A stretch of DNA of 64,000 nucleotides from an uncultured Clostridia bacterium (GTDB taxonomy: Bacteria > Bacillota > Clostridia > Christensenellales > Aristaeellaceae). The DNA lies in assembly GCA_946413245.1 (NCBI GenBank), contig CAMKJS010000005.1, positions 5,845-69,844 on the forward strand, written 5' to 3'. The notes beneath the pieces were generated by a model. It searched no databases and was not told the DNA's origin. It was given only the letters and a program-made list of their open reading frames with translations. A program made the translations under genes and the position numbers. Below, in pieces: positions 20,359 through 30,793 of this stretch (within the stretch, counting starts at the first letter, position 1; the number at the start of each line of letters is the position of its first letter).

Positions 20359-20440
20359 ACGGGCTTTCACGCCTGCAGGCCGGACAGGCAGCGTACCGGG
20401 CATCGCGTTTCGCAGAACATTGCAGTAACCAGACAGACTT

Positions 20441-20478
20441 CAGAAGGATTCCGCTTGGAAAGCCTTCTGTTTTTTTTT
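20441..20478 (+). terminator. Intrinsic terminator
   Basis: cagaagg.ttcc/ggaa..ccttctg stem followed by a long T-run. Confidence 0.75.
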
Positions 20479-20546
20479 ATTATTTGGGGCGACGGCGGTC
20501 CGCCGGACAGATTCTGGCTTCGTGAAGAACGGAAACCGCATGCAAC

Positions 20547-20702
20547 ATGCGCTGCGGCTGCGGCGTGGCTGTGAGCAACGCGCTGGAATGCGTCAGAAAC
20601 GCCGCGGATTATATTGCGGAGAGCAACGATGAGGACGGTGTGGCCAGATTCCTTACAGCTCTGGTTTCAGCCAATCCGGAACATCTGCATCATCCCAGAT
20701 AG
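20547..20702 (+). pseudogene. C-terminal remnant of a Cof-type HAD hydrolase
   Basis: Manual translation MRCGCGVAVSNALECVRNAADYIAESNDEDGVARFL matches the Cof C-terminal consensus GVAM.NA...VK..AD....SN.EDGV; no N-terminal part upstream. Confidence 0.75.
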
Positions 20703-22225
20703 TACGCCTTCAGCTTCGCGATGTCCTCGTCCGTCAGCGCTTTGCTGTACACGCACACGTCCTCCAGCACGCCCGGCAATCGCTGGCCCGGGGTGCTGAG
20801 ATCGTCGGTGCCGAGAAGGAGACGGGCGTGCTTCCCATCGCCCATAACCTGCCTGCCGGGAAGCAACTGTCGCATGAAAGGCTCAAAGTTGACGGAGAAG
20901 CCTGCAACGCCCGCGTCCGCCTCAAACGAGCCAGCCGCAAAGATCCAGGTACCGGTCCTTTCTGCCGGGAGACCAACCTCCATGTGCCGGGTCTTGTCCA
21001 CGTCGAACAGCCGGACGGACAGCACCAGATGATCCTCGCCGGTGGCCGCGATGCAGAACCAGGCCGACCCGTCCTCCGCACAGCGGACGCTCAGCACGGG
21101 CATCCTGTTTTCCACCGCGTCAAGGCGCAGCCAGGCGGTGAACGAGACGCTGGGGCCTTCCAGCGGGCAGGGAACGCAGAGCGCGCCGTCGTCGAAGCGC
21201 ATGGCTTTTCCGCGCAAACCGTCCACCAGGTACAGCTTGCCCGTTCGCTCCGTGCCATCCGGCAGCGCGTCAGACGTGGTAAAAGGCAGGTGCAGCGCGG
21301 GCTTCAGCCCGGCGAGCTCTTCCTCAAAGACGCCGGACTGCTTTTTCAGCCTCGGCTTCTCCACCCTGACGGGAAGCCCCTCCGGGCGGGGCAGATTCAC
21401 GGGCACGTCGGCGAACAGGCCGCCCGGTACCCGGCTGTTCCAGGTATCGGGGATGGGGAGGCCGAGGGCGTGCAGAATGGCCGGCGCGGCGTCTCGTGTC
21501 AGCATGTCGTGCAGCTCCGCGTGCTGCGCGCCTCCGCCCGCGGCGAAGAAGCTCACGTACTTTTCCGCGTCGCTGTCTCCGCCGTGGCTGCCCCGGCCCC
21601 GCCCGTCCGGCGGGGTGCCGCCGTGGTCGGGCTCCACCAGCAGCAGGGTGTCCTCCAGCCAGCCGCGCTTCTCAATCGCATCTGTGACCCGGCCGACCCA
21701 GCTGTCGGCCAGCGTGACCGCAGCCAGATGCTCAGGCGAGCCGTACCCGTGGGCGTGGCCCGCGTCATCCGGGATATCGAAATGGAAGTAGATCAGGGTA
21801 AAATCGTGCGTGCCGATATAGTCCACGGCGGCCTGGATCAGCTCGTCGCCCTTGGCGTTGACCTCGTACACGCCGAGATCGTTCTCGATGATGCCGAAGT
21901 TGACGTTGCCCCATTCGCAGAAGGAGGCCAGCTCCGCGTCGGGCCGGTTTTCCCGGATCACCCGGAACACGGATGGATAGGGCGAATTCGCCGGGAAAGG
22001 CCGCTTGCCCGTGACCCAATTGGTCAGCCCGTGGCGGCGGCAGTCCACCCCGTGCAGGATGCTGCCCCAGCATTCCGCGCTGATGGTGGGTATTTCCGTC
22101 AGCGCGCGGCGGCAGACCGCTCCGTTGCGGAAAATGCGGTCGATGTTCGGGGTGGGAGTCTGCTCAAAGAACGTGCCGGCCCCGTCGACGCCGAACAGAA
22201 CGGCTCTTTTCGCCCATTGCTTCAT
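20690..22225 (-). CDS. Alkaline-phosphatase-superfamily (nucleotide pyrophosphatase-like) enzyme with C-terminal LamG/ConA-like domain
   Basis: LFGVDG, PTISAECW, DDAGH..G, EPDHGG metal motifs; C-terminal G.LEDVCVYSKALTDEDI; AAGGAGG RBS before 22225. Confidence 0.8.
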   Translation of the reverse strand: MKQWAKRAVLFGVDGAGTFFEQTPTPNIDRIFRNGAVCRRALTEIPTISAECWGSILHGVDCRRHGLTNWVTGKRPFPANSPYPSVFRVIRENRPDAELASFCEWGNVNFGIIENDLGVYEVNAKGDELIQAAVDYIGTHDFTLIYFHFDIPDDAGHAHGYGSPEHLAAVTLADSWVGRVTDAIEKRGWLEDTLLLVEPDHGGTPPDGRGRGSHGGDSDAEKYVSFFAAGGGAQHAELHDMLTRDAAPAILHALGLPIPDTWNSRVPGGLFADVPVNLPRPEGLPVRVEKPRLKKQSGVFEEELAGLKPALHLPFTTSDALPDGTERTGKLYLVDGLRGKAMRFDDGALCVPCPLEGPSVSFTAWLRLDAVENRMPVLSVRCAEDGSAWFCIAATGEDHLVLSVRLFDVDKTRHMEVGLPAERTGTWIFAAGSFEADAGVAGFSVNFEPFMRQLLPGRQVMGDGKHARLLLGTDDLSTPGQRLPGVLEDVCVYSKALTDEDIAKLKAYYLG

Positions 22226-22436
22226 AGGATGACGCCTCCTTTTTCCATGCCGCTGAAAACCGTCTGATTCATCCGTTCCGCCTCTTGATGATTCTTGTTC
22301 CGTCATACTTTTATTATACCACAGCTTCCTGTATAATACAAAAGGATCGGTGAGGCAGTCGCTCTGGCCCCGACCGGTTTTTCCGTTGCAAGGGCAACCG
22401 AATGATGGTAGAATGAAGCCGAAGGAGGAAGGACCG

Positions 22437-23225
22437 ATGATCAAGAAGATATTTGCCATTCTCTGCGTACTGTGTCTGATGGCCGGCGTTGCCGGCTGCG
22501 CCTGCGCCGACGGCCTGCAGGGGCAGGCCATGCCGGATTTCACGGCGGAACTGACAGACGGCACGACCGTCACCCTGTCCGAGCTGCTTAAGACGAAGGA
22601 AGTCGTGGTCCTGAACATTTTTGCGACCTGGTGCGGGCCCTGCCAGGGAGAATTCCCGGAAATGGAAACGGTTTACCAGCAGCATAAGGACAAGATGGAA
22701 ATCGTCGCTTTGTCCGCTTATTCGGAAGACGACATGGATACACTGCGCCGGTTCAAGGAGGAGATGGGTGTTACCTTCCCGATGGGACAGGCAGGCGCGG
22801 ATATCATCAGCAATGTCGAAATTCCCGGATATCCGACTACCCTGGTTATCGACCGGAACGGGCAGGTTGCTTATTACTGTGTAGGCGCTTTTGTAAACGG
22901 CGCGGCGTTTGAGGCGATTGTCACCCGCCTGATGGGGGACGATTATACCGGTAAGCAGCTGTGGGTCTATACCGTATTTGTGGCTGACCAGATGGTGGAA
23001 CTGGTGCCGAACGCGAATATCCAGTTCTGCACGGATACCATGTGCACAATCCTGAATACCGGTGAAGACGGATTCGTGTTTCTGGTGGCGGAAGCGCCGA
23101 CCGAGTATCATATTAAGGTTCTGTCCGTGCCTGAGGGCTACTCCCTGTCCGAGAACGATCAAGAATACGCCATTGGACCGGAATCCGGCTGGTTCCAGCT
23201 GGACGTGTATAAAAGCAGCATCTGA
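22437..23225 (+). CDS. Exported TlpA/ResA-like thiol-disulfide oxidoreductase with C-terminal extension
   Basis: Signal peptide; LNIFATWCGPC; YPTTLVIDRNG. Confidence 0.88.
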   Translation: MIKKIFAILCVLCLMAGVAGCACADGLQGQAMPDFTAELTDGTTVTLSELLKTKEVVVLNIFATWCGPCQGEFPEMETVYQQHKDKMEIVALSAYSEDDMDTLRRFKEEMGVTFPMGQAGADIISNVEIPGYPTTLVIDRNGQVAYYCVGAFVNGAAFEAIVTRLMGDDYTGKQLWVYTVFVADQMVELVPNANIQFCTDTMCTILNTGEDGFVFLVAEAPTEYHIKVLSVPEGYSLSENDQEYAIGPESGWFQLDVYKSSI

Positions 23226-23243
23226 AAACAGGCGTGGAGACAT

Positions 23244-23283
23244 GCAGGAAGCGCTCATTCCGGCGGGGATGAGCGCTTCCTGC
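23244..23283 (+). terminator. Stem-loop terminator
   Basis: 15-bp perfect stem gcaggaagcgctcat/atgagcgcttcctgc. Confidence 0.6.
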
Positions 23284-23528
23284 TGTTAAGCCTCAGCGCA
23301 GCAGCGCGGAAAACCACGGTCATTGACACGGAACGATCAGCATCGATCTGTGGAATGGATGTCAAGAAGATTATTCTGTTGCTCCGGCGGTTGTGCTTTT
23401 TTTCGGATTTGTGTATACTGGAATCGGGATTTCGGCATGAAAAAGAATGGTATTCACGGAACAGGTTCCTGGCCCGGAAGAAACGAGATATGGATGACAG
23501 ACACCGTTTCAGGAAGGAGCGTTTTACC

Positions 23529-24737
23529 ATGAAAAGAGGATTATCCTGCATTTTGATGATGGCCATGCTGCTGCTGAGCCTGGGCGGCGCCTGCGCCGAT
23601 CCGAGCCTGACCCTTCAGGATTCCTCCGTGCGATCCGGATCCTGGACGGAAGCGTATGCGCAGATCCTGCAGGAACGGTCTCTGGACATCCGGGCGTATG
23701 AGGAGTATGTGAGTTCCGTTACGAGCAACATGCAATGCCGTCCCGTAGGGCTGATGGATCTGACCGGCGACGGGGTTCCGGAGCTGATTTTCCTGGACCT
23801 GGTCACCGATACGGAGTACGGGTTCAATGTCGGCCGGCTGTGGATCTATACCTCGGACAAGTCCGGCGTTCACTGTGCGCTGACCCTGCAGCCGGAAATC
23901 GACGATATGCTGCATTCCACTCTTTACGTGGGGAAAAACGGCTTGCTGACCCTCCATTTCAACGACACGGAAAGAACGTGGACGATGCGGCTTCAGCCTG
24001 ACAAAGCCGGGCATTACAAAGCGGAAACCATTCTGATGGCGGAGGAGGATTTTTCCGGGGAGGGCCCCGACCTGTATTACCGCAACGGCAAGAAAATCTC
24101 TGTGAAGAAATACCGCTCCGAAATGGAGCGTGTTCAGTCCGCCCAGGGGTCCCTGGTCGGCAGCTTCATGGTGGACGACGGTTTCTGCGGCTTTGCTTAC
24201 ACGCTGGAAGAAGCCCGGCAGGAGCTTTCGGCGCGGCAGGCGGATTCCGGGAACGGTGGCGGGCAGCTCGCTGACCGGCTGCCGGAGCTTTCCTTCTTCC
24301 AGGGTACCTTCTCACCGGGACAAAAGTTCCCCGTTTATTCGGCGCCGTCCACCCGCTCCTGGCGGGGCGCCAACGGAAAAGCCGCCATCACCTCCGGCAG
24401 CGAAATTTTCGTGGCCGGAACAGACGACGACTGGATCCTGATCATGTATGAACTGAACAGCGGCGTGACCCGTGTCGGCTATATCGATCCGGAGAAAATC
24501 ACCGGTTCCTACTCCGCGGGCGACGCGCTTTCCTTTGCCAAGATCCCGATGATCCTGGCGAAAGGTACAGAAATGACGGATGATCCGGTTCATCAGAAGA
24601 CCGTGATGGGTAAACTGAAAAAAGGCGCGAGCGTCGTCTGCCTGGCGAAATATCAGGGATGGATCTATGTGGAGGCAAAGGTTTCCGGAAAGACGGCCCG
24701 CGGCTTCATTTCACCGTCCGCCCTGGGAGACGAATGA
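23529..24737 (+). CDS. Secreted protein with a DxxGDGxPEL motif and C-terminal SH3b-like domains
   Basis: Signal peptide; DLTGDGVPEL; W.LI.Y...RVGYI and WIYVE...RGFI SH3-like patterns. Confidence 0.65.
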   Translation: MKRGLSCILMMAMLLLSLGGACADPSLTLQDSSVRSGSWTEAYAQILQERSLDIRAYEEYVSSVTSNMQCRPVGLMDLTGDGVPELIFLDLVTDTEYGFNVGRLWIYTSDKSGVHCALTLQPEIDDMLHSTLYVGKNGLLTLHFNDTERTWTMRLQPDKAGHYKAETILMAEEDFSGEGPDLYYRNGKKISVKKYRSEMERVQSAQGSLVGSFMVDDGFCGFAYTLEEARQELSARQADSGNGGGQLADRLPELSFFQGTFSPGQKFPVYSAPSTRSWRGANGKAAITSGSEIFVAGTDDDWILIMYELNSGVTRVGYIDPEKITGSYSAGDALSFAKIPMILAKGTEMTDDPVHQKTVMGKLKKGASVVCLAKYQGWIYVEAKVSGKTARGFISPSALGDE

Positions 24738-24769
24738 AGCCGCGGAAAGCCGCCTGCAGACATTCAGGA

Positions 24770-24985
24770 TTATTCCGTCCGGAAGGCCGCCATCCACGCG
24801 TCGGCGATCTGGATCAGATTCCACGCTGAAAAATAGGTGTCGTTCTCACATTCTTCAGCCGCGGAAAGATCGTCCAGGATCCTGTTTGCGATGGCGCGAA
24901 GCTTCGCTCCGTATTTTTCCGCTGTCTGTGAAACAGCGGTTTTGTCACGGGACAGATAGAGCTCAACAATCCCTGCATCATCCAT
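24770..24985 (-). pseudogene. Truncated ECF sigma-70 factor (start of region 2 only)
   Basis: MDD..IVELY..RD..A......KYG......A.RIL.D...AEECENDTY..AWN, then loss of similarity and a stop at 71 aa; AGGAGG RBS. Confidence 0.8.
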
Positions 24986-25361
24986 TCCGTACCGCCTCCT
25001 GACTTCCTGATTCTGAACGGCCGTTCACTTTATACAGCGTAATATGCTCCCTGCGAGTCACAGAATTCATTATACATTTTCCGGGAGCGGTTCGCCATAT
25101 CCGTATTCCGGTGATTCCGACCTGTTCATATGCTGAATTCTACGTTTCGTTGAATAAAAAGTTTGCAATTTATACGAATTTGGTGTTCAATAAGCATCAG
25201 GGATCGGCTATGATGATTGCGGAGCCGGAAAGAGCCGGCTGCCGGACGATTGGAACGGAGGTGGCGATCATGACGAACACGATCCCGATGAAAATCATGC
25301 ATATGAGCACTGTGCAGGCAGCCAACGCAAGAGCTGGCAGGAAAGCGACAGGGGGACACAT

Positions 25362-26498
25362 ATGGAAAACAATCTGGCTGAAAACATCCGCAGCTGCCGG
25401 AAAAGCCTGGGACTCACTCAGGAGCAGCTGGCGGAGAGACTCGGCGTCACGCTGGGAGCGGTATCCAAATGGGAAAGAGGAAGTTCTGAACCGGAACTGT
25501 CGTACATCATGGGACTGGCCGAACTCTTTCACATATCGGTGGATGCGCTGATCGGCTATACGATGCGGGGCGCCAACGCGGACGAAGAAGCGGAGCGGAT
25601 CGAGGCGCTGTGCGACAGGATAAATGCCGCGGAACCGGCTGAAAGAGTGCCGATCGAAACGATTGCCGGGGAATACGAAAGCGCGCTGAAAAAGTTTCCC
25701 AACCATTTCCGGATTGTATGCGGGGCTGCTTTTCTCTTCCAGCAGATCGGCGTGGTTTACAGAAGGGACGCGGCACTGAAAAAGGCGCTGGAGCTGTTCC
25801 GGCACGCAATCAGCCTGCTCTCCCAGAACAGGGATCATCCGGAGATTAACGAGGTCATCCTGCGGAACGAAATCGCCGCGTGCTATTCCTCGCTGAAAAG
25901 CTACGGCAAAGCCATTGAGGAGTACAAAAAGAACAACGCTGCCGGCACCAATAACGCGAGAATCGGCTGTCTTTATACCCTGTTTGAGAAAAAGCCCGAA
26001 GAAGGAATCCGTTTTACGGAAAGGGCTTTTTTCAGCCATATCAGCGATATGGTCACCACGATGGCGGGATATATGTCGTACTATATCGCCACAGCCCGGT
26101 ATGATCAGGGGATTCGCGCGGCAGCGTGGACGATCCGGTTTCTGCAAAGCCTGAAGGAAGATCCGGACAGGCATGCCTTTATAGATAAGATCGTCAGCCT
26201 GTTTTATCTGAGCCTGGCGCTCCTGCAGGATGGCAGGGGACTGCCGGAGGCGTCGGATGTGAGTCTGCGGACGGCTGTCCGGACTGCCGCGGCTTTCGAC
26301 GCGGATCCGGTTTTCACGTCGGAAAACATGCTTTTGCTGAGCAGTATTGAAAATACAAGCTTCTATGATGACTCGGGCCCGTCCGCCGCAGACGGGCTGA
26401 GAAGCTCGCTGGAGGATCTCAGCGCCTTTGTGTCCGATGCGTTCAGGAAGAAGCTGGAGCAAGAAATCGAAGCGGCAAAGCAGCACGGATCGGAATGA
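25362..26498 (+). CDS. XRE-family HTH regulator with helical TPR-like C-terminus
   Basis: GLTQEQLAERLGVTLGAVSKWERGSSEP. Confidence 0.88.
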   Translation: MENNLAENIRSCRKSLGLTQEQLAERLGVTLGAVSKWERGSSEPELSYIMGLAELFHISVDALIGYTMRGANADEEAERIEALCDRINAAEPAERVPIETIAGEYESALKKFPNHFRIVCGAAFLFQQIGVVYRRDAALKKALELFRHAISLLSQNRDHPEINEVILRNEIAACYSSLKSYGKAIEEYKKNNAAGTNNARIGCLYTLFEKKPEEGIRFTERAFFSHISDMVTTMAGYMSYYIATARYDQGIRAAAWTIRFLQSLKEDPDRHAFIDKIVSLFYLSLALLQDGRGLPEASDVSLRTAVRTAAAFDADPVFTSENMLLLSSIENTSFYDDSGPSAADGLRSSLEDLSAFVSDAFRKKLEQEIEAAKQHGSE

Positions 26499-26692
26499 TT
26501 CATACAGAAAAATCCCCCGGAAACCGGGGATGAAACATTCGCGGCACCGAAGGAGGACGGCAGGAAAGATCAGGTAAAATGAATATTGACATAGAGCGGA
26601 CTGAAAGGTTTAATATATTCACACAGAAACAGTCTGAAACCGGGGCTTCTTCAGGACAGGACGGCGCCCGGCGCCGCCGGAAAGGAGAATAC

Positions 26693-28411
26693 ATGGCAAT
26701 CCGCAGTACTCGGGAACGGGATCTCTGGGCTCAGTTCGATGCGCTGCAGCTGGGTTCCGGATGGGATGAGGAGGATATCGGCAAACCGCAGATCCTGGTG
26801 GACGACGTCTTTGGCGACAGCCATCCGGGCAGCACGCACCTGGATCAGCTGACGGAACATATATGCCGGGGGATTTACGAAAAGGGCGGCAAGCCCGGCC
26901 GCTTCCACGCTACGGATATCTGCGACGGCTGCGCGCAGGGGCATGACGGCATGAACCTGATTCTGGCCAGCCGGGAAGCGCTTGCGGACATGGTGGAGCT
27001 TCACGCCGGGTTCGTTCCCTGGGACGGCATGGTGCTGGTTTCTTCCTGCGACAAATCCGTGCCGGCGCATCTGAAAGCCATGGCCCGGGTCAACATCCCC
27101 GCGGTGTTCGTGCCCGGCGGCAGCATGCGGCCCGGGCCGGATCAGACCACGTCGCTGGTGGCGGGTTCGATTTCGCTCCGGCAGAAGGAGAACGACGGCA
27201 TCACCGCAGAGGAGATCCGCGACTACAAAATCACCGGATGCCCCTCCTGCGGCGCCTGCACGTTCCTGGGTACGGCGTCGACCATGCAGTGCATGGCGGA
27301 GGCGCTGGGGCTCGCCCTGCCGGGCAGCGCCCTGGTTCCGGCGACCATGCGCGACATTCATGCCTATGCCCGCCGGGCGGGGCGCCGGGTGATGGCGCTG
27401 GTCGCAAAAGGACTCCGCTCCTCCGACATCCTGACGATGTCCGCCTTCCGCAACGCCATTGCGGTTCACAGCGCCATCGGGGGCTCCACCAACGCCACGC
27501 TGCATCTTCCGTCCATCGCGCGGGAGATCGGGCTGGAACTGCCTCCGGAACTGTTTGACGAGATCAACCGCAAGGTGCCGCATATCGGCAATATCAATCC
27601 CAGCGGCGAACATCTGACGGAATCTTTCTGGTTCGCGGGCGGCATTCCTGCCATCCAGCTGGCCATCAAAAATTTCCTTGATCTGGACGTGATGACCGTG
27701 ACGGGCAGAACGCTGGGAGAAAATCTGGAGGAAATTGAAAAATCCGGGTTTTTCACCCGGAATGAGGGCTATCTCCATAACTACGGCCTGACCCGCGATC
27801 AGGTGATCCTGCCGCCGGAGCAGGCCAGGGAAACCGGTTCCGTCGCCATTCTGAAGGGGAACCTCGCGCCGGAGGGAGCGGTAGTCAAGTACTCCGCCTG
27901 CAGCGAGGACATGCGCGCGCTGAAAGGAACCGCCCGGGTATACGACAGCGAGGAGGAAGCGCACGGCGCTGTGGTGGCCGGCCTGATCAACCCCGGTGAG
28001 ATCCTGGTGATCCGGTATGAAGGGCCGCGCGGCAGCGGCATGCCGGAGATGCTGATGACCACAGAGGCCATTGTCTGTGACCGCCGGCTGAACGGGCATG
28101 TTTCCCTGGTGACGGACGGCCGTTTTTCCGGCGCGACCCGCGGCGCGGCGATCGGCCACGTCAGTCCCGAAGCCGCGGCAGGCGGACCGCTGGCCTATAT
28201 CCGCACCGGGGACATCATTGAATACAACATCGCTGAACGAACGCTGAACGTGGTAGGCACGGACGGCGTGGACACCGGAGCGGAGGCGGCCTCTGCCGTG
28301 CTGGCGGAACGGCGCGCTTCGTGGCCGCTGAAAACGCCTCCCGAACGGAAAGGTATTCTGAAACGGTATACGCAGTCCGCTGAATCCGCCATGAAAGGCG
28401 CAGGTTATTAA
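26693..28411 (+). CDS. IlvD/Edd-family dehydratase, probably acting on a sugar acid
   Basis: DICDG, SSCDKSVP, GACTFLGTASTM, GGSTN, RYEGPRGSGMPEM, TDGRFSG, GHVSPEA. Confidence 0.9.
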   Translation: MAIRSTRERDLWAQFDALQLGSGWDEEDIGKPQILVDDVFGDSHPGSTHLDQLTEHICRGIYEKGGKPGRFHATDICDGCAQGHDGMNLILASREALADMVELHAGFVPWDGMVLVSSCDKSVPAHLKAMARVNIPAVFVPGGSMRPGPDQTTSLVAGSISLRQKENDGITAEEIRDYKITGCPSCGACTFLGTASTMQCMAEALGLALPGSALVPATMRDIHAYARRAGRRVMALVAKGLRSSDILTMSAFRNAIAVHSAIGGSTNATLHLPSIAREIGLELPPELFDEINRKVPHIGNINPSGEHLTESFWFAGGIPAIQLAIKNFLDLDVMTVTGRTLGENLEEIEKSGFFTRNEGYLHNYGLTRDQVILPPEQARETGSVAILKGNLAPEGAVVKYSACSEDMRALKGTARVYDSEEEAHGAVVAGLINPGEILVIRYEGPRGSGMPEMLMTTEAIVCDRRLNGHVSLVTDGRFSGATRGAAIGHVSPEAAAGGPLAYIRTGDIIEYNIAERTLNVVGTDGVDTGAEAASAVLAERRASWPLKTPPERKGILKRYTQSAESAMKGAGY

Positions 28412-28427
28412 GGAGGAGAGAAGCGAT

Positions 28428-29321
28428 ATGGCTAAGTATATTACTCCGGCTGTTACTCCGCTGACCCCGGAGGGCATGATCGACGAGAGAGGCGCTTCCG
28501 CGCTGTATGAGCATCTGATCGCCGGCGGGGTGGACGCCGTACTCGTGCTGGGCAGCATCGGCGAGTTCTTTGCTGTTCCGCAGGAGCAGAAGCGTCAGCT
28601 GATCTCCCTGGCGATGCGCCGGGTCGCGGGCCGCCTGCCGGTGATCGCAGGCACTTCGGATATGCTCTTTGAAAATGTGGTCAGCCTGTCCGAATATGCC
28701 CTCGCGGAAGGGGCGGACGCGGTGATCGTGGTTCCTCCCTATTATTTCCGCCTGGAGCAGGAACAGATCGAGGCGTACTATGACGCGCTTGCCTCCAGAA
28801 TCCGGGGCCGGATCTACCTGTATAACTTCCCGGACCGTACCGGCTACAGCATTTCGGCCGAAACCGTGAAAAACCTGGCCCTGCGCCATGAAAACATCGT
28901 GGGCTGCAAGGATACGATCGCCGGGATGGATCATACCCGTGAGCTGATCAAGGCTGTCAAACCGCTTCGTCCGGATTTTGAAATCTATTCCGGCTTCGAC
29001 GACAATTTCGCCCACAACGTGCTTTCCGGCGGGGACGGCTGTATCGCCGGGCTGTCCAATGTCGCTCCGGAGGTCTGCAGCCGCTGGGTACGGGCTGTGA
29101 ACGCCTCCGACTGGAACGAAGCGGCGGCGGTTCAGCGGACCATCGACCGGCTGATGAACATTTACTCCGTGGGAAGCCCGTTCATTCCCTTTATCAAACG
29201 CGCCGCCGCGCTGCGCGGACTGCCGGTGGGCGATACGGTGAGCTTCCCGTTTCCTTCGGTCACGAAGGAGCAGGAACAGAGGCTTGCGGATATCCTGAGC
29301 AGCGAAGGCCTTCTGGGGTAA
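28428..29321 (+). CDS. DapA/NanA-family aldolase (2-keto-3-deoxy sugar-acid aldolase, YagE-like)
   Basis: LGSIGEF, PPYY, LYNFPDRTG, GCKDT Schiff-base lysine. Confidence 0.88.
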   Translation: MAKYITPAVTPLTPEGMIDERGASALYEHLIAGGVDAVLVLGSIGEFFAVPQEQKRQLISLAMRRVAGRLPVIAGTSDMLFENVVSLSEYALAEGADAVIVVPPYYFRLEQEQIEAYYDALASRIRGRIYLYNFPDRTGYSISAETVKNLALRHENIVGCKDTIAGMDHTRELIKAVKPLRPDFEIYSGFDDNFAHNVLSGGDGCIAGLSNVAPEVCSRWVRAVNASDWNEAAAVQRTIDRLMNIYSVGSPFIPFIKRAAALRGLPVGDTVSFPFPSVTKEQEQRLADILSSEGLLG

Positions 29322-29374
29322 TCCCGGCCGGCCTTACAGCAAACAAACGGCATTTCTTTTTCTATGCGTATTTT

Positions 29375-30604
29375 CTATGCGTTCCGGCATTCCTCCAGGA
29401 CGATTTCACTGTAGCGCCAGAGCCGTTGAGGCTGATAGCGGACGGTGGAGATGTCCTTGAGGATGATTTCCAGCTGCACGCCGTTTTTCCGCGCCGCGGC
29501 GATGGTCCGGCGGAGATCGCTACGCAGGGCGTCCTCGTCGAAGGATTCCTCCGCCAGCATGGCGGGGGAGGGCTTGTTGCTCATGATAATATGCCTGGGC
29601 AGTTTCTCCGCGAACGCTTCCCGGTGGCTCCAGGGGCTGCAGGAGATCTTGCGCACGTTGGGCAGCTTGCTCACGATCTCCAGCCGGTCGTCCAGCCGGT
29701 CGCAGCAGCCGTAATAGATATGCCGGAAGGAAGGGAAGATGCGCTTCATATAGGCCGCTTCAAACTCCTCCGTGATCTTCGGGGAAACGGCGGTGAACAG
29801 TTGTGCCAGACCGAAGGCCCAGGCGTCTCCGGAGCATCCGTCCGGCGAATCCGGATCGTCGGGCCGGTAGGTGTGGGAGCAGTGGCAGTAATGCTCCTGC
29901 GTATCGAAGAGGCGCAGCCGGTTGGCCTGCTCGATCATTCCCAGACAGCCCGCGGTCATCTTTTCCATCAGGGCGTGCATCATCTCCGGGCGGTCCATCA
30001 GCTCGATATAGCAGTTTTCCACGCCCATCCAGTAGGAGATGGTGTCCCAGACCCCCAGGTGCATCACGATGCCGGTGAACTGCCAGTCCGCGATGCCGCT
30101 GAAGAGCTCCACGGCCGTCTCCGCGATGGCGGCTTCCTTTTCCCGGTCCAGGGAAAGCACCGGTGTATGGATTTTTTCCAGATCCTCAGGGCCGTGGATC
30201 AGGTTTTTCATGTGCTGGGAAGCCACGTCGCTGGTTTTGTCCATCGACAGGCGGGTCACCTGGGCCTCCAGGCCCCAGCCGCTGTTTAAAATGGGGCGGG
30301 GAAGCTTGATATACGGGTCGAGCACCATGTCCGCCCGCATATGATCCCATTTGTACAGCTCGCGGAGGATCCAGGTTTCGATCTCACGCCAGTAGGGCTC
30401 TTCCACCTGGTTGTCCAGACAGCCGTCCACATTCATTTCGTTCCAGGGGATCTGATCGATCAGCGCCCGCGGGCGTTCGGGCTGAAGCGTGTTGAACCGT
30501 TCCCAGCCGAGGCGGCGTTCCGCCTGCTCCGGAAGAGAGGCCGCGTCGGCATAGCGCCGGGCAAGCTCCCGGAGCCGTGTGATTTCCCGGTTTGAAAGCT
30601 GCAT
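29375..30604 (-). CDS. Uroporphyrinogen-decarboxylase/methyltransferase-like TIM-barrel protein of unknown function
   Basis: MGVENCYIELMDRPE, VSPK..EEF...Y, YYGCCD pattern; AAAGGA RBS. Confidence 0.6.
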   Translation of the reverse strand: MQLSNREITRLRELARRYADAASLPEQAERRLGWERFNTLQPERPRALIDQIPWNEMNVDGCLDNQVEEPYWREIETWILRELYKWDHMRADMVLDPYIKLPRPILNSGWGLEAQVTRLSMDKTSDVASQHMKNLIHGPEDLEKIHTPVLSLDREKEAAIAETAVELFSGIADWQFTGIVMHLGVWDTISYWMGVENCYIELMDRPEMMHALMEKMTAGCLGMIEQANRLRLFDTQEHYCHCSHTYRPDDPDSPDGCSGDAWAFGLAQLFTAVSPKITEEFEAAYMKRIFPSFRHIYYGCCDRLDDRLEIVSKLPNVRKISCSPWSHREAFAEKLPRHIIMSNKPSPAMLAEESFDEDALRSDLRRTIAAARKNGVQLEIILKDISTVRYQPQRLWRYSEIVLEECRNA

Positions 30605-30793
30605 AGGCATTCCTTTCTGTATAAGCACAGATGATTGTTCTGCTTCATGATTATTCCGTTTCATGATCGTTCCGCTTCATTATCGGGCCGACGGCCTGAA
30701 ATGTCAAGGGAAAAGAAGCGCCAGGCGAAAGACAGGCTTGCGTTCCCGCGGGGAAGATAGTAGAATACAGACAGTGAATATCGGAAGGGAGAA

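Noticed and set aside
25111-25551. 146-aa ORF overlapping the XRE gene start
   Set aside because: Out-of-frame overlap with a clear HTH gene; no motif
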